Of a DNA stretch of 44,489 nucleotides, positions 29,991-39,303 are shown one piece after another. Source of the DNA: Burkholderiales bacterium (GTDB lineage Bacteria; Pseudomonadota; Gammaproteobacteria; Burkholderiales; SG8-39); contig JBAVOG010000266.1 in assembly GCA_049691875.1 (NCBI GenBank), forward strand, positions 1 to 44,489, given 5' to 3'. The notes below the pieces were generated by a model. It was not told the DNA's origin, did not search any database, and saw only the letters and a program-made list of their open reading frames with translations. Made by a program: the position numbers and the translations under genes. Each line of letters starts with the position of its first letter. Position 1 is the stretch's first letter.

Positions 29991-30707
29991 CTAGAAGCGG
30001 AACGAGTAGCCACCGTACAGGGTCGCCTGCCAGCGGTCGGCGTACAAGGCCCCTTCCACGGGCGCCCCTCCGAAACGCAACCCTCGCGCGCCCACAACGA
30101 TCGCGCTCGACCGGGTGACCTGGTAATGCGTATCGAGGCCGAATCCGATGTTCGCGGCGCTACCGGATGCGTAGATCGGTCGCGCGCTGCCCAGTTCCGC
30201 GAGCCCCGGCGCGACTTGCAAGGTCCGGCCGCTCTGCCACTCCGCCCCGACGTAGGCGAGCAAGCGGAACCCCTGGTTGGAGATGATAGGGCGACTGAAA
30301 TTCAGGTGTAGGCTTTCCCCTTGGGTGTTGCCCGTGGGATCGAATCGGAAACTTGCGCTCAGCGTTCCGGCCGTTGACCGCCATCGCAGCCCCGGACCGA
30401 TTTCAACCGGATCATGGAGTGTTTCAGGGTACGCCCCTGCAGGAAACGGGAATCCCGTTCCAAGGCGCGGTGCCAGCGACATTCCCACCTGGACGTGTCG
30501 ACCGGTACCAGCGAGCCCCCACCACGTTTCAGCAGTGTCGAGGCGCAAGCCCGAAATGGGGCGAGGCACCGTCGAAGTCGTCGTATCTGGGACGGCGAAA
30601 CCCACACCGTACACGCCCAGAGGATCGCCGTTGGTCTGGGCAATGGCGTTCGCACCCGCGGCGAGTGCGCCGATCATGGCGCTGCAAACAAAGCCTCGCG
30701 GCTTCAT
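29991..30707 (-). CDS. Putative outer-membrane beta-barrel protein (possibly MipA/OmpV-like)
   Basis: AGGAGG precedes ATG 30707. Signal peptide MKPRGFVCSAMIGALAAGANAIA, alternating amphipathic strands, and a C-terminal YSFRF with terminal Phe typical of OMPs. The family assignment is tentative. Confidence 0.7.
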   Translation of the reverse strand: MKPRGFVCSAMIGALAAGANAIAQTNGDPLGVYGVGFAVPDTTTSTVPRPISGLRLDTAETWWGLAGTGRHVQVGMSLAPRLGTGFPFPAGAYPETLHDPVEIGPGLRWRSTAGTLSASFRFDPTGNTQGESLHLNFSRPIISNQGFRLLAYVGAEWQSGRTLQVAPGLAELGSARPIYASGSAANIGFGLDTHYQVTRSSAIVVGARGLRFGGAPVEGALYADRWQATLYGGYSFRF

Positions 30708-30872
30708 GTTGGCCTCCTGACCCGGACAGCCTTTCCTCGTGGCTGGCCGGTATACCGACTCCTCGTTGCATTCTGCGCCCATATACGCCCGCCGCCACGA
30801 CCTGGCTTGGCTGCAGCGGCAAGAGTGCACAATCGTGCGCCGCCGAAATTATGACAGGTGCATAGCAGGTCG

Positions 30873-31724
30873 TCATCGTGTCAATTTTCCGAGCAGCTCG
30901 TCAAGGTGGGCGTGGCTCATGTAGTCGACGATGAGCTTGCCAACGCCTTTCTTGCCGGGCCGGATTTCGACGGTGGTTCCCAACCGCTCCGACACTTCTT
31001 CCTGCAAGCGCGCCGTGTCGCGGTCGACGCGCGCGCGGGTCGGTGCGCTTTTCACTTTTGGGTTGAGGATCGCCTGGACGAGCTGCTCGGTCTCGCGCAC
31101 CGAGCATCCTTCCCGATCCACCTTGCGCGCGAGCTCCTTCTGTCGTGCCCCCTCAAGCGCGAGCAGCGCGCGTGCGTGCCCCATGTCGATGCGACCTTCC
31201 ATGAGAAGTTGCTGCACGGACGGCTCGAGGTTCAGTAGCCGGAGAAGGTTGGTGGTTCCGGTGCGCGAGCGGCCCACCGCGTCGGCCGCTTCCTGGTGGG
31301 TGAGCTTGAACTCGCCGATGAGTCGCTGGATGCCGGTGGCTTCCTCGAGCGGATTCAGGTTCTCGCGCTGAATGTTCTCGATCAGCGCCATCGCGAGCGC
31401 TGCCTGGTCCGGAACGTCGCGAACGACGACCGGCACCTCCGCGAGCCCTGCGATCTGCGCAGCACGCCAACGGCGTTCACCGGCGATGATCTCGTAGCGC
31501 TGCGAGCCGGCATTGCGCACGAGGATCGGCTGCATCAGCCCCTGGCTGCGTATCGATTCCGCGAGCTCGTTGAGCGACTGCTCGTCCATGCGCGTGCGCG
31601 GTTGAAAACGGCCCGGCTGAAGCTGCTCGACCCGAGCGGTCGCGAGCGTCTCGCGCACGTCTCCGCCCTCGTCATTGTTGAGAAGAGCATCAAGGCCGCG
31701 GCCGAGTCCCTTTGCTTTGATCAT
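30873..31724 (-). CDS. parB: Chromosome partitioning protein ParB (Spo0J)
   Basis: GLGRGLDALL, ParB box IIAGERRWRAAQIAG and an HTH region (THQEAADAVGRSRTGTTNLLRLL). Start placed at ATG 31724 (MIKAKGLG), preceded by GGGAGG. Confidence 0.93.
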   Translation of the reverse strand: MIKAKGLGRGLDALLNNDEGGDVRETLATARVEQLQPGRFQPRTRMDEQSLNELAESIRSQGLMQPILVRNAGSQRYEIIAGERRWRAAQIAGLAEVPVVVRDVPDQAALAMALIENIQRENLNPLEEATGIQRLIGEFKLTHQEAADAVGRSRTGTTNLLRLLNLEPSVQQLLMEGRIDMGHARALLALEGARQKELARKVDREGCSVRETEQLVQAILNPKVKSAPTRARVDRDTARLQEEVSERLGTTVEIRPGKKGVGKLIVDYMSHAHLDELLGKLTR

Positions 31725-31764
31725 CCTACGGCCTCCCTCGGTCGAGCGTATCGCATTCACCCTC

Positions 31765-32547
31765 CTACGCGGCGGCCTGCGCCGCGCTCTCGCGCCACAG
31801 GACCTCGGCGGTCAGTGCGACATAAGCCTGTGATCCCTTGCACGTCGGATCGAAATCGAGCGCGGACTTTCCGTAGCTCGGCGCCTCGGCAATCCGGACA
31901 TTGCGCGGAATGATGGTCTCGTAGACCTTGGCGCCGAAATGCTGCTGCAGCTCGGTGGATACCTGTTGCGCGAGCGTGTTCCGGGGATCGAACATCGTGC
32001 GCAACAGACCGTCGATTTCGATGTGCGGATTGAGGTGTGCGCGCACTTTCTTGATGGTGTTGACGAGATCGGTGAGTCCCTCGAGCGCGTAGTACTCGCA
32101 TTGCATCGGGATCATCACCGCGTGCGCCGCCACCAATCCGTTGAGCGTCAGGAGATTGAGCGCCGGTGGGCAGTCGAGGAGGATGAAGTCGTACTCGTCT
32201 GAGACCGGCGCGAGCGCAGCCTTGAGCCGAACCTCGCGATTCTCGAGCCCAACCATCTCGACTTCGGCGCCAGCCAGCTCGCGGTTCGCGGGGAGCACGT
32301 CATAGCCGCTCGTTTCCGGGCGCATTCGCACGTGCTCGACAGAACTCAAGCCGAGCAGGACATGGTAGACCGTGTGCTTGAGCGCGCGCTTGTCGACGCC
32401 GCTGCCCATGGTGGCATTGCCCTGTGGATCGAGGTCCACCAGCAGCACGCGCTTGCCCGAAAGCGCAAGGCCCGCGGCGAGATTCACGGTGGTCGTGGTC
32501 TTCCCCACACCGCCCTTCTGATTGGCGATCGCGATGATGCGCGTCAT
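31765..32547 (-). CDS. parA: Chromosome partitioning ATPase ParA (Soj)
   Basis: Deviant Walker A KGGVGKTTT and a conserved ParA sequence. Start overlaps the rsmG stop (ATGA). Confidence 0.95.
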   Translation of the reverse strand: MTRIIAIANQKGGVGKTTTTVNLAAGLALSGKRVLLVDLDPQGNATMGSGVDKRALKHTVYHVLLGLSSVEHVRMRPETSGYDVLPANRELAGAEVEMVGLENREVRLKAALAPVSDEYDFILLDCPPALNLLTLNGLVAAHAVMIPMQCEYYALEGLTDLVNTIKKVRAHLNPHIEIDGLLRTMFDPRNTLAQQVSTELQQHFGAKVYETIIPRNVRIAEAPSYGKSALDFDPTCKGSQAYVALTAEVLWRESAAQAAA

Positions 32548-33173
32548 GACGTTGCACGCTCCACGAGGACAAGATGACGTTCCCCGGTCAGACCCGGCAC
32601 CACTAGCCGTTTCACCGACCGGACCCGGTAGTCCTTCGGCAGGCGCGCGAGCTCTGCGTCGGGGTATGCGCCCTTCATTGCAGCGAACACCCCGCGGACG
32701 GCGAGCAGATGCTGCGAATCCCGAACGAAGTCCGCGAGACTCGAGAAAGCGCGCGACGCGATCACGTCGAATCTGCGATCGGGTTGCCAGGTCTCCACGC
32801 GCGCGGAACAGACCGTTGCGTTCGCCAACTCGAGCTCGATTACGGCCTGCTGCATGAATGCAGCCTTCTTCTTATTGCTGTCGAGCAGGGTGACTTCACA
32901 CTCCGATCGCGCGATGGCCACGGGAATTCCAGGGAGCCCTGCCCCGCTTCCAACGTCCAGGACATTCGGGCCGTCGATGTGGGGGACGAGCGCCAGCGAG
33001 TCGAGCAGGTGATGGCTCAGCATCTCATGCTCGTCCCGAATCGCAGTGAGGTTGTAGACCTCGTTCCACTTGGCCAGTAGTCCAATATAAGTGAGTAGTT
33101 GCTGTCTCTGAAATGGCCGTAATTGGAGCCCAAGCGCGTCGATACCGGCCGCAAGCGCGGCGTCCCGGGTCAT
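32544..33173 (-). CDS. rsmG: 16S rRNA (guanine527-N7)-methyltransferase RsmG (GidB)
   Basis: SAM-binding motif [13 protein letters not shown]. 209 aa, in the conserved position between mnmG and parA. Confidence 0.93.
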   Translation of the reverse strand: MTRDAALAAGIDALGLQLRPFQRQQLLTYIGLLAKWNEVYNLTAIRDEHEMLSHHLLDSLALVPHIDGPNVLDVGSGAGLPGIPVAIARSECEVTLLDSNKKKAAFMQQAVIELELANATVCSARVETWQPDRRFDVIASRAFSSLADFVRDSQHLLAVRGVFAAMKGAYPDAELARLPKDYRVRSVKRLVVPGLTGERHLVLVERATS

Positions 33174-35077
33174 GCCGCTGTCGATTGCTCGGATCGAGAG
33201 GTGTTTCGATCGGCTCGTTTCAGATGAACGAGAAGGAGCGAAATCGCGGCCGGTGTCATGCCCGAAATGCGCGACGCCTGACCAATGGTCTCGGGTCGAT
33301 ACCGGGCGAGTTTTTGTTGCACCTCCATCGATAGCCCGCGCACAGCGGTGTAGTCGAGGTCGGGAGGAAGAACCGCTCCCTCCAGCTTTTCGTTACGCGC
33401 GACCTCATCCTGCTGTCTGACGATATATCCTTGATATTTAACCTGAATCTCGACCTGTTCGGCTACTGCAGGATCGTCCACCGGAGTGCCCGCGCCGGGT
33501 AACGACAGCAGTGACGTGTAGGTCACGCCCGGCCGCTTCAGGAGATCGTGTGCGCTGTACTCGCGCTCGAGGGCCTGCCCAAAGACCCGCTCGGCATCCG
33601 ACGCGGACATATCCCGGGGACTGACCCAGGTCGATTTCAGCCGGTCGTGCTCGCGAGAAATCGCGTCGCGCTTGCGCTGAAACGCTTCCCAGCGGGCGTC
33701 GTTCACGATCCCCAGGTTGCGACCAACCTCGGTCAGGCGGAGGTCCGCGTTGTCCTCACGCAGCATGAGTCGGTATTCCGCACGACTCGTAAACATCCGA
33801 TACGGCTCCGACACGCCCCGCGTGACGAGATCATCCACCAAGACGCCCAAATACGCTTCGTCGCGGCGCGGGCACCACGGTTCCTGACCGAACGCGAGCC
33901 GCGCCGCGTTGAGACCTCCGAGCAATCCCTGCGCGGCGGCCTCTTCGTAGCCGGTGGTCCCGTTGATTTGCCCGGCGAAGAACAGCCCCGCAATCGCTTT
34001 GGTCTCGAGCGATGATTTAAGCCCGCGCGGGTCAAAATAGTCGTACTCGATCGCGTATCCAGGTCGCAGGATGTTTGCCTGCTCGAGCCCCCGAATCGAG
34101 TGGACCAGGTCGACCTGGACGTCATAGGGAAGACTCGTGGAGATCCCGTTGGGGTAAAACTCGTTCGTCGTGAGCCCTTCTGGCTCCAAGAAGACCTGGT
34201 GGCTGGTTCGGCCGGCGAACCGATGGATCTTGTCCTCGATGGAGGGACAGTACCGAGGGCCGACGCCTTCGATCTTGCCGATATACATCGGCGAACGATC
34301 GAGCCCCGCGCGGATGATTGCGTGCGTGTGCTCGTTCGTGTGGGTAATCCAGCAAGGAAGCTGGACGGGATGCGTTTCCCGGCGCCCCACGAACGAAAAC
34401 ACCGGTTCGGGGGAATCTCCGGGCTGCGCCGCCATGACGGAGAAGTCGATTGTCCGACCATCAATACGTGGTGGGGTGCCTGTTTTGAGGCGTCCTACCG
34501 GTAGCGCCAGCTCACGCAGCCTCGCCGCCAGAGTGTTTGCGGGAGGGTCCCCCGCGCGACCAGCCTGGTAAGTCTCGAGACCGACATGGACCAAACCGCC
34601 CAGAAAAGTGCCCGTGGTCAGCACCACGGCCCGCCCACTGAATCGAATGCCAAGCTGGGTTACGACGCCGATCACTCGGTCGCCCTGAAGAATCAGATCG
34701 TCGACGGCTTGCTGGAAAAGCGTCAAGCCTGGCTGATTCTCCAGTTTGGACCGGATCGCCTGCTTGTAGAGGACGCGATCGGCTTGAGCGCGAGTTGCCC
34801 GTACCGCGTGGCCCTTTGAAGCGTTCAAGATCCGGAATTGAATGCCCGCAGCATCGGTCGCAAGTGCCATCGCGCCACCCAATGCATCGACCTCTTTGAC
34901 CAGGTGTCCCTTGCCAATGCCACCGATCGAGGGGTTGCAGGACATCTGCCCAAGCGTTTCGATGCTGTGAGTCAGCAGCAAGGTCTCGCAACCCGATCGC
35001 GCGGCGGCAAGCGCCGCCTCGGTGCCCGCGTGGCCACCTCCAACGACAATGACATCAAACGATTTGGTCGGCTGCAT
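33170..35077 (-). CDS. mnmG: tRNA uridine 5-carboxymethylaminomethyl modification enzyme MnmG (GidA)
   Basis: FAD motif [15 protein letters not shown] and [23 protein letters not shown]. Start placed at ATG 35077 (MQPTKSFDV), giving 635 aa. Confidence 0.95.
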   Translation of the reverse strand: MQPTKSFDVIVVGGGHAGTEAALAAARSGCETLLLTHSIETLGQMSCNPSIGGIGKGHLVKEVDALGGAMALATDAAGIQFRILNASKGHAVRATRAQADRVLYKQAIRSKLENQPGLTLFQQAVDDLILQGDRVIGVVTQLGIRFSGRAVVLTTGTFLGGLVHVGLETYQAGRAGDPPANTLAARLRELALPVGRLKTGTPPRIDGRTIDFSVMAAQPGDSPEPVFSFVGRRETHPVQLPCWITHTNEHTHAIIRAGLDRSPMYIGKIEGVGPRYCPSIEDKIHRFAGRTSHQVFLEPEGLTTNEFYPNGISTSLPYDVQVDLVHSIRGLEQANILRPGYAIEYDYFDPRGLKSSLETKAIAGLFFAGQINGTTGYEEAAAQGLLGGLNAARLAFGQEPWCPRRDEAYLGVLVDDLVTRGVSEPYRMFTSRAEYRLMLREDNADLRLTEVGRNLGIVNDARWEAFQRKRDAISREHDRLKSTWVSPRDMSASDAERVFGQALEREYSAHDLLKRPGVTYTSLLSLPGAGTPVDDPAVAEQVEIQVKYQGYIVRQQDEVARNEKLEGAVLPPDLDYTAVRGLSMEVQQKLARYRPETIGQASRISGMTPAAISLLLVHLKRADRNTSRSEQSTAA

Positions 35078-35141
35078 GGCTCGCTGCCTTTGGAAGGCCG
35101 CAATAATACGCGCTTTGGCCTGGGCTCGCTGAGACGCGAAA

Positions 35142-35157
35142 TGTTCCACGTGAAACC
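35142..35157. other. parS centromere-like site (15/16 match to consensus)
   Basis: TGTTCCACGTGAAACC against the classical ParB/Spo0J site TGTTCCACGTGAAACA. Confidence 0.85.
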
Positions 35158-35184
35158 GGCGAGTTGGTACTTTGAGCCATCATG

Positions 35185-35200
35185 TGTTCCACGTGAAACA
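35185..35200. other. parS centromere-like site (16/16 match to consensus)
   Basis: TGTTCCACGTGAAACA, 43 bp from the first copy. The cognate parAB genes lie 3.5 kb away. Confidence 0.9.
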
Positions 35201-35259
35201 TGTCTCGATCAGGGACCAGATTCGGACTGTCCCCTTTTCCTGCGTGCTACGACTTCGCC

Positions 35260-35268
35260 TTATCCACA
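35260..35268 (+). promoter_or_regulatory. DnaA box (perfect consensus TTATCCACA)
   Basis: Exact 9-mer, 183 nt upstream of the mnmG start. It is the only perfect box I found in this intergenic region. Confidence 0.6.
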
Positions 35269-35660
35269 AGCGTTATCAGGAGAGTATGCGCTCACTCAAC
35301 CTCTTGTGGGGCTGCGCGGTGCCCGCGATTCGGGCCGGCATCAGCCGCTGGGCGGAAACCCACTGTCCGGGGCATCCGCGGCGAAAATCCGCCAGCGGTG
35401 GTAACCTAAAGTGACGTGGGTGTGTCAGCGGTCGCGAGTTTTCGGCCTACGCCGTCCAGTTCGAGTTGATCTTCTTTCGTGCGGGCCACGGCCGGCGGGG
35501 ACAATCACAATGCGCGTCGAGGCAGCCGCGATGCCCACGCAATCGCACTTCAAACCGCCGCGCGTCTCCAACGAGGCGAGTGATTTTCAAGTCGAAAGTG
35601 CCGGGTTCGCGACCGGGGTCCCGATTTCGGTTCCGCAGCAAGAAAGACAAGGAGGAAGAA

Positions 35661-36638
35661 ATGTCGAAGTTCAGCATTCAGGCCAGCGCGGCCGCGATCT
35701 TGGCGATTGCCCTGCTGGCGCCCGGTGCGGCGGTGGCGCAAAAGACGATGTTCGTCACCATCGGCACTGGTGGTACCACCGGCGTCTACTACGTGGTGGG
35801 CCAATCCATCTGCTCACTGGTCAACCGCGGCACCAAGGAACACGGCATCAAGTGCACTGCGCCTTCGACTGGCGGGTCCGTGGCGAACATCAATTCGATT
35901 CGCGCCGGCGAGATGCAAATGGGGGTCGCACAGTCCGACTGGCAGTACCACGCCTACAACGGCACCTCGAAGTTCAAGGAGCAAGGCCCGATGAAGGACC
36001 TGCGCTCCGTCTTTTCGGTGCACGCGGAGCCCTTCACGGTGGTCGCCCGCAAAGACGCCAACATCAAGACCTTCAACGACCTCAAGGGCAAGCGCGTCAA
36101 CATCGGCAACCCGGGGTCCGGCCAGCGCGGCACCATGGAAGTCGTCATGGAGGCCAAGGGCTGGAAGATGAGCGACTTCAAGCTCGCGTCCGAGCTCAAG
36201 GCCGCCGAGCAGTCCGCTGCGCTCTGCGATAACAAGGTCGACGCGATCATCTACACAGTCGGACACCCCAACGGCTCGATTCAGGAAGCCACGACATCCT
36301 GTGAAGCTGTCATCGTGCCCGTCACCGGACCCGAGATCGACAAGCTCATCAAAGGCAACGCGTACTACGGAAAGGCAACGATTCCCGGCAAGATGTACAA
36401 GGGGAACGACAAGGACATCGAAACATTTGGCGTCGGGGCAACGTTCGTGACGTCGGCCAAGACCAGTCCCGAAGAGGTCTATCAGGTCGTGAAGGCCGTG
36501 TTCGAGAATTTCGACCGCTTCAAGAAGCTGCATCCCGCCTTTGCCACCCTCGATCCGAAACTCATGATCACCCGCAATCTCTCGGCCCCGCTGCACGAGG
36601 GCGCAGTGAAGTACTACAAGGAAAAAGGCTGGATGTAA
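35661..36638 (+). CDS. TAXI-family TRAP transporter solute receptor
   Basis: AAGGAGGAAGAA precedes ATG 35661. Signal peptide MSKFSIQASAAAILAIALLAPGAAVA. TAXI hallmark TIGTGGTTGVYY. The upstream part of the 390-aa track ORF is rejected. Confidence 0.9.
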   Translation: MSKFSIQASAAAILAIALLAPGAAVAQKTMFVTIGTGGTTGVYYVVGQSICSLVNRGTKEHGIKCTAPSTGGSVANINSIRAGEMQMGVAQSDWQYHAYNGTSKFKEQGPMKDLRSVFSVHAEPFTVVARKDANIKTFNDLKGKRVNIGNPGSGQRGTMEVVMEAKGWKMSDFKLASELKAAEQSAALCDNKVDAIIYTVGHPNGSIQEATTSCEAVIVPVTGPEIDKLIKGNAYYGKATIPGKMYKGNDKDIETFGVGATFVTSAKTSPEEVYQVVKAVFENFDRFKKLHPAFATLDPKLMITRNLSAPLHEGAVKYYKEKGWM

Positions 36639-36650
36639 GCAGAGTGAAAT

Positions 36651-36673
36651 TGCGGGGAGCAAAGTGCTCCCCG
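36651..36673 (+). promoter_or_regulatory. Intercistronic GC stem-loop after the TAXI SBP gene
   Basis: GCGGGGAGC-aaagt-GCTCCCCGC: perfect 9-bp stem, 13 nt after the stop. No U tract. Confidence 0.5.
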
Positions 36674-36703
36674 CCCTTCCCGCAAGAATAAGAGGGGGCC
36701 GAC

Positions 36704-39292
36704 ATGGCTGCTGCGGAGGCGCACGCCGGCGGAGCCACGTCGGACCAGCAACTTTCGGATCTCGTTGCCCAGGCGGATACGGGCGGGAGAAATCCGCATG
36801 GCATAGTGAAGCAGGTGTTGCTGGGGGTGGCGCTGCTGTGGTCGCTCTTCCAGCTGTGGATTGCTTCCCCGATTCCCTTCGCGGTCGGAATCGGCGTGTT
36901 CAACGACACGGAAGCACGCTCGATTCACCTGGCATTCGCGATTTTTCTCGCCTTCCTCGCTTACCCTGCGCTGCGTCGTTCGCCGCGCGCGTACGTTCCC
37001 GTCCTGGACTGGGTGTTCGCCGTGGTCGGCGCATTCTGCGCCGCCTATCTCTTCCTGTTTCACGTTCAGCTTTCGGCCCGTCCCGGCGCACCCCTCCCTC
37101 GGGACATCGTCGTCGGTTGCATCGGTATGATCTTGCTGCTCGAGGCAACGCGGCGCAGCCTGGGCCCACCGCTCACCATTCTGGCTGCGGTCTTTCTGGC
37201 CTACACGTTCTTCGGTCCGTACATGCCGGACGTGATCGCGCATCGGGGGTTCTCGCTCAATGCGGTGGTCAACCACCAATGGATCACCACCGAAGGCGTG
37301 TTCGGCGTCGCGCTCGGCGTGTCGACCAGCTTCGTCTTCCTGTTCGTGCTGTTCGGTTCACTCTTGGACAAGGCCGGCGCCGGAAACTATTTCATCCAGG
37401 TCGCATTCTCGCTGCTCGGTCACCTGCGGGGTGGCCCCGCCAAGGCCGCGGTGGTTGCTTCCGGCATGACCGGCCTGATCTCCGGGTCCTCCATTGCCAA
37501 CGTCGTCACCACCGGCACCTTCACGATTCCCCTGATGAAGCGGGTCGGTTACACCGCCGAGCAGGCAGGCGCGGTCGAAGTCAGCTCCTCCGTGAACGGG
37601 CAGATCATGCCCCCGGTGATGGGAGCAGCGGCATTCCTGATGGTCGAATTCGTCGGAATTCCCTACACGGACGTCATCAAGCACGCTTTTCTCCCCGCGC
37701 TCATTTCGTACATTGCGCTGTTCTACATCGTTCACCTCGAGGCCCTCAAAGCCAACATGCAGGCGCTGCCCAAGCGACAGGCGGGCGGATTGATGCAAAG
37801 GCTTGTCGCCTGGGGATTCGTCATCTCGGGGACCATCGTGCTGGCCGGCGTGTCCTACTACGCGGTGGCCTGGATGAGACCTGCCTTCGGCGCAGCGGCG
37901 AGCTACGTAATCACCGTGGTGCTCGTCGCAGCCTATGTCGCGCTCGTCGCGTACGCTGCGCGTCATCCGGAACTGAAGCTCGATGATCCCAATGCCCCGG
38001 TCGTCGAGCTGCCCGAGGTCGGCCCCACAGTCAAAGCGGGCCTGCACTACCTGCTTCCCGTCGTGGTGCTCGTCTGGGCGCTCATGGTCGAGCAGCTCTC
38101 ACCCGGCCTGTCGGCATTCTGGGCCACGGTGTTCATGATCTTCATCCTGCTGACGCAGCGGCCCCTCATTGCGCTCTTTCACCGTCGAGGCGAGCTCGGG
38201 GCGGCATGGCGACAGGGAGCCGGCGAACTTTTGGACGGCCTCATCACCGGCGCCCGGAACATGATCGGCATTGGTATTGCCACCGCTGCCGCCGGAGTGA
38301 TCGTGGGAACCGTCACCCTCACCGGCCTCGGCGCGGTGATGGTCGACGCCGTTCAGGCGCTTTCCGGCGGAAACATCGTCGCCGTGCTTTTTCTCACCGC
38401 CGTGATCAGCCTCATCCTCGGCATGGGATTGCCGACGACCGCCAACTACATCGTGGTTTCCTCGCTCATGGCAGTGGTGATCGTCGAACTTGGTGCGCAG
38501 GCGGGCTTGATCGTGCCGCTCATCGCGGTGCATCTGTTCGTCTTCTACTTCGGCATCATGGCGGACATCACTCCACCCGTCGGGCTGGCGGCCTTTGCCG
38601 CCGCCGCCATTTCCGGCGGCGATCCGATCAAGACCGGGCTCACCTCCTTCTTCTACAGCATGCGCACGGCTGCGCTGCCCTTCCTGTTCATCTACAACAC
38701 GGATCTCCTGCTAATCAACGTCGACTGGCTCACCGCGCTCGGAACTTTCGTGACCGCCACCATTGCGATGCTGCTCTTTGCCGCGGCAACGCAGGGATAC
38801 TTTCTCGTGCGCAGCCGAATTTACGAGTCGGCAACCCTGCTCCTGGTTGCTTTCATCCTGTTCCGGCCCGGTTTCTGGATGGATATGATCACCCCGCCCT
38901 ATCACGAGGTCCCCGCAGCAAGCGTCGTTCAGGAATCCGGGTCGGCCAGTCCCGGCACCGAGATCCGCTTGCAGATCGCCGGCGAAGACGATTTCGGGAA
39001 TCCCAAGGTCTTCTTTGTCCCGCTCGAACTCGGTGCCGGCGAGGACGGAAAGGCGCGCCTTGGCGCGACCGGCATCGAGGTGATCCAGCAGGACAAGACC
39101 TTGATCATCGACGCCGTCGCATTCGGCAGCCCGGCGCAGAAAGCGGGCCTCAAGTTCGACCAGAAAATCCTGAGCGCCCGAATCGCGGCCGATCAGCCGC
39201 CCAAGCAGCTCGCGTGGGTGATCGGGTTTATCCTGCTGGTCGGGGTCGTGTTGTTGCAGCGCCAGCGCCGGCTGAAACCCGCTGCCACGTAA
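36704..39292 (+). CDS. TAXI-type TRAP transporter fused permease (DctQ-DctM fusion) with a C-terminal soluble domain plus a terminal TM anchor
   Basis: 862-aa polytopic protein typical of 4TM/12TM fused TRAP permeases. The C-terminal approx. 130 aa (EIRLQIAGEDDFGNPKVFFVPLE...IIDAVAFGSPAQKAGLKFDQ) resemble the DUF3394/PDZ-like tail often seen in this family. Confidence 0.9.
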   Translation: MAAAEAHAGGATSDQQLSDLVAQADTGGRNPHGIVKQVLLGVALLWSLFQLWIASPIPFAVGIGVFNDTEARSIHLAFAIFLAFLAYPALRRSPRAYVPVLDWVFAVVGAFCAAYLFLFHVQLSARPGAPLPRDIVVGCIGMILLLEATRRSLGPPLTILAAVFLAYTFFGPYMPDVIAHRGFSLNAVVNHQWITTEGVFGVALGVSTSFVFLFVLFGSLLDKAGAGNYFIQVAFSLLGHLRGGPAKAAVVASGMTGLISGSSIANVVTTGTFTIPLMKRVGYTAEQAGAVEVSSSVNGQIMPPVMGAAAFLMVEFVGIPYTDVIKHAFLPALISYIALFYIVHLEALKANMQALPKRQAGGLMQRLVAWGFVISGTIVLAGVSYYAVAWMRPAFGAAASYVITVVLVAAYVALVAYAARHPELKLDDPNAPVVELPEVGPTVKAGLHYLLPVVVLVWALMVEQLSPGLSAFWATVFMIFILLTQRPLIALFHRRGELGAAWRQGAGELLDGLITGARNMIGIGIATAAAGVIVGTVTLTGLGAVMVDAVQALSGGNIVAVLFLTAVISLILGMGLPTTANYIVVSSLMAVVIVELGAQAGLIVPLIAVHLFVFYFGIMADITPPVGLAAFAAAAISGGDPIKTGLTSFFYSMRTAALPFLFIYNTDLLLINVDWLTALGTFVTATIAMLLFAAATQGYFLVRSRIYESATLLLVAFILFRPGFWMDMITPPYHEVPAASVVQESGSASPGTEIRLQIAGEDDFGNPKVFFVPLELGAGEDGKARLGATGIEVIQQDKTLIIDAVAFGSPAQKAGLKFDQKILSARIAADQPPKQLAWVIGFILLVGVVLLQRQRRLKPAAT

Positions 39293-39303
39293 GGAAGAAT
39301 CGC

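Noticed and set aside
35172-35414. 80-aa and 69-aa plus-strand ORFs (and the 76-aa minus-strand ORF at 35447-35677) in the mnmG-TAXI intergenic region
   Set aside because: They have no SD, run across the parS and DnaA-box sites, and show no coding-like periodicity by eye or recognisable motifs.
35078-35660. oriC at the mnmG upstream region (E. coli-like gidA-adjacent origin)
   Set aside because: There is only one perfect DnaA box and no AT-rich unwinding element or repeated 13-mers. The presence of mnmE at the right edge suggests the rpmH-dnaA origin lies beyond the window. It is kept as a lower-weight alternative in the findings.
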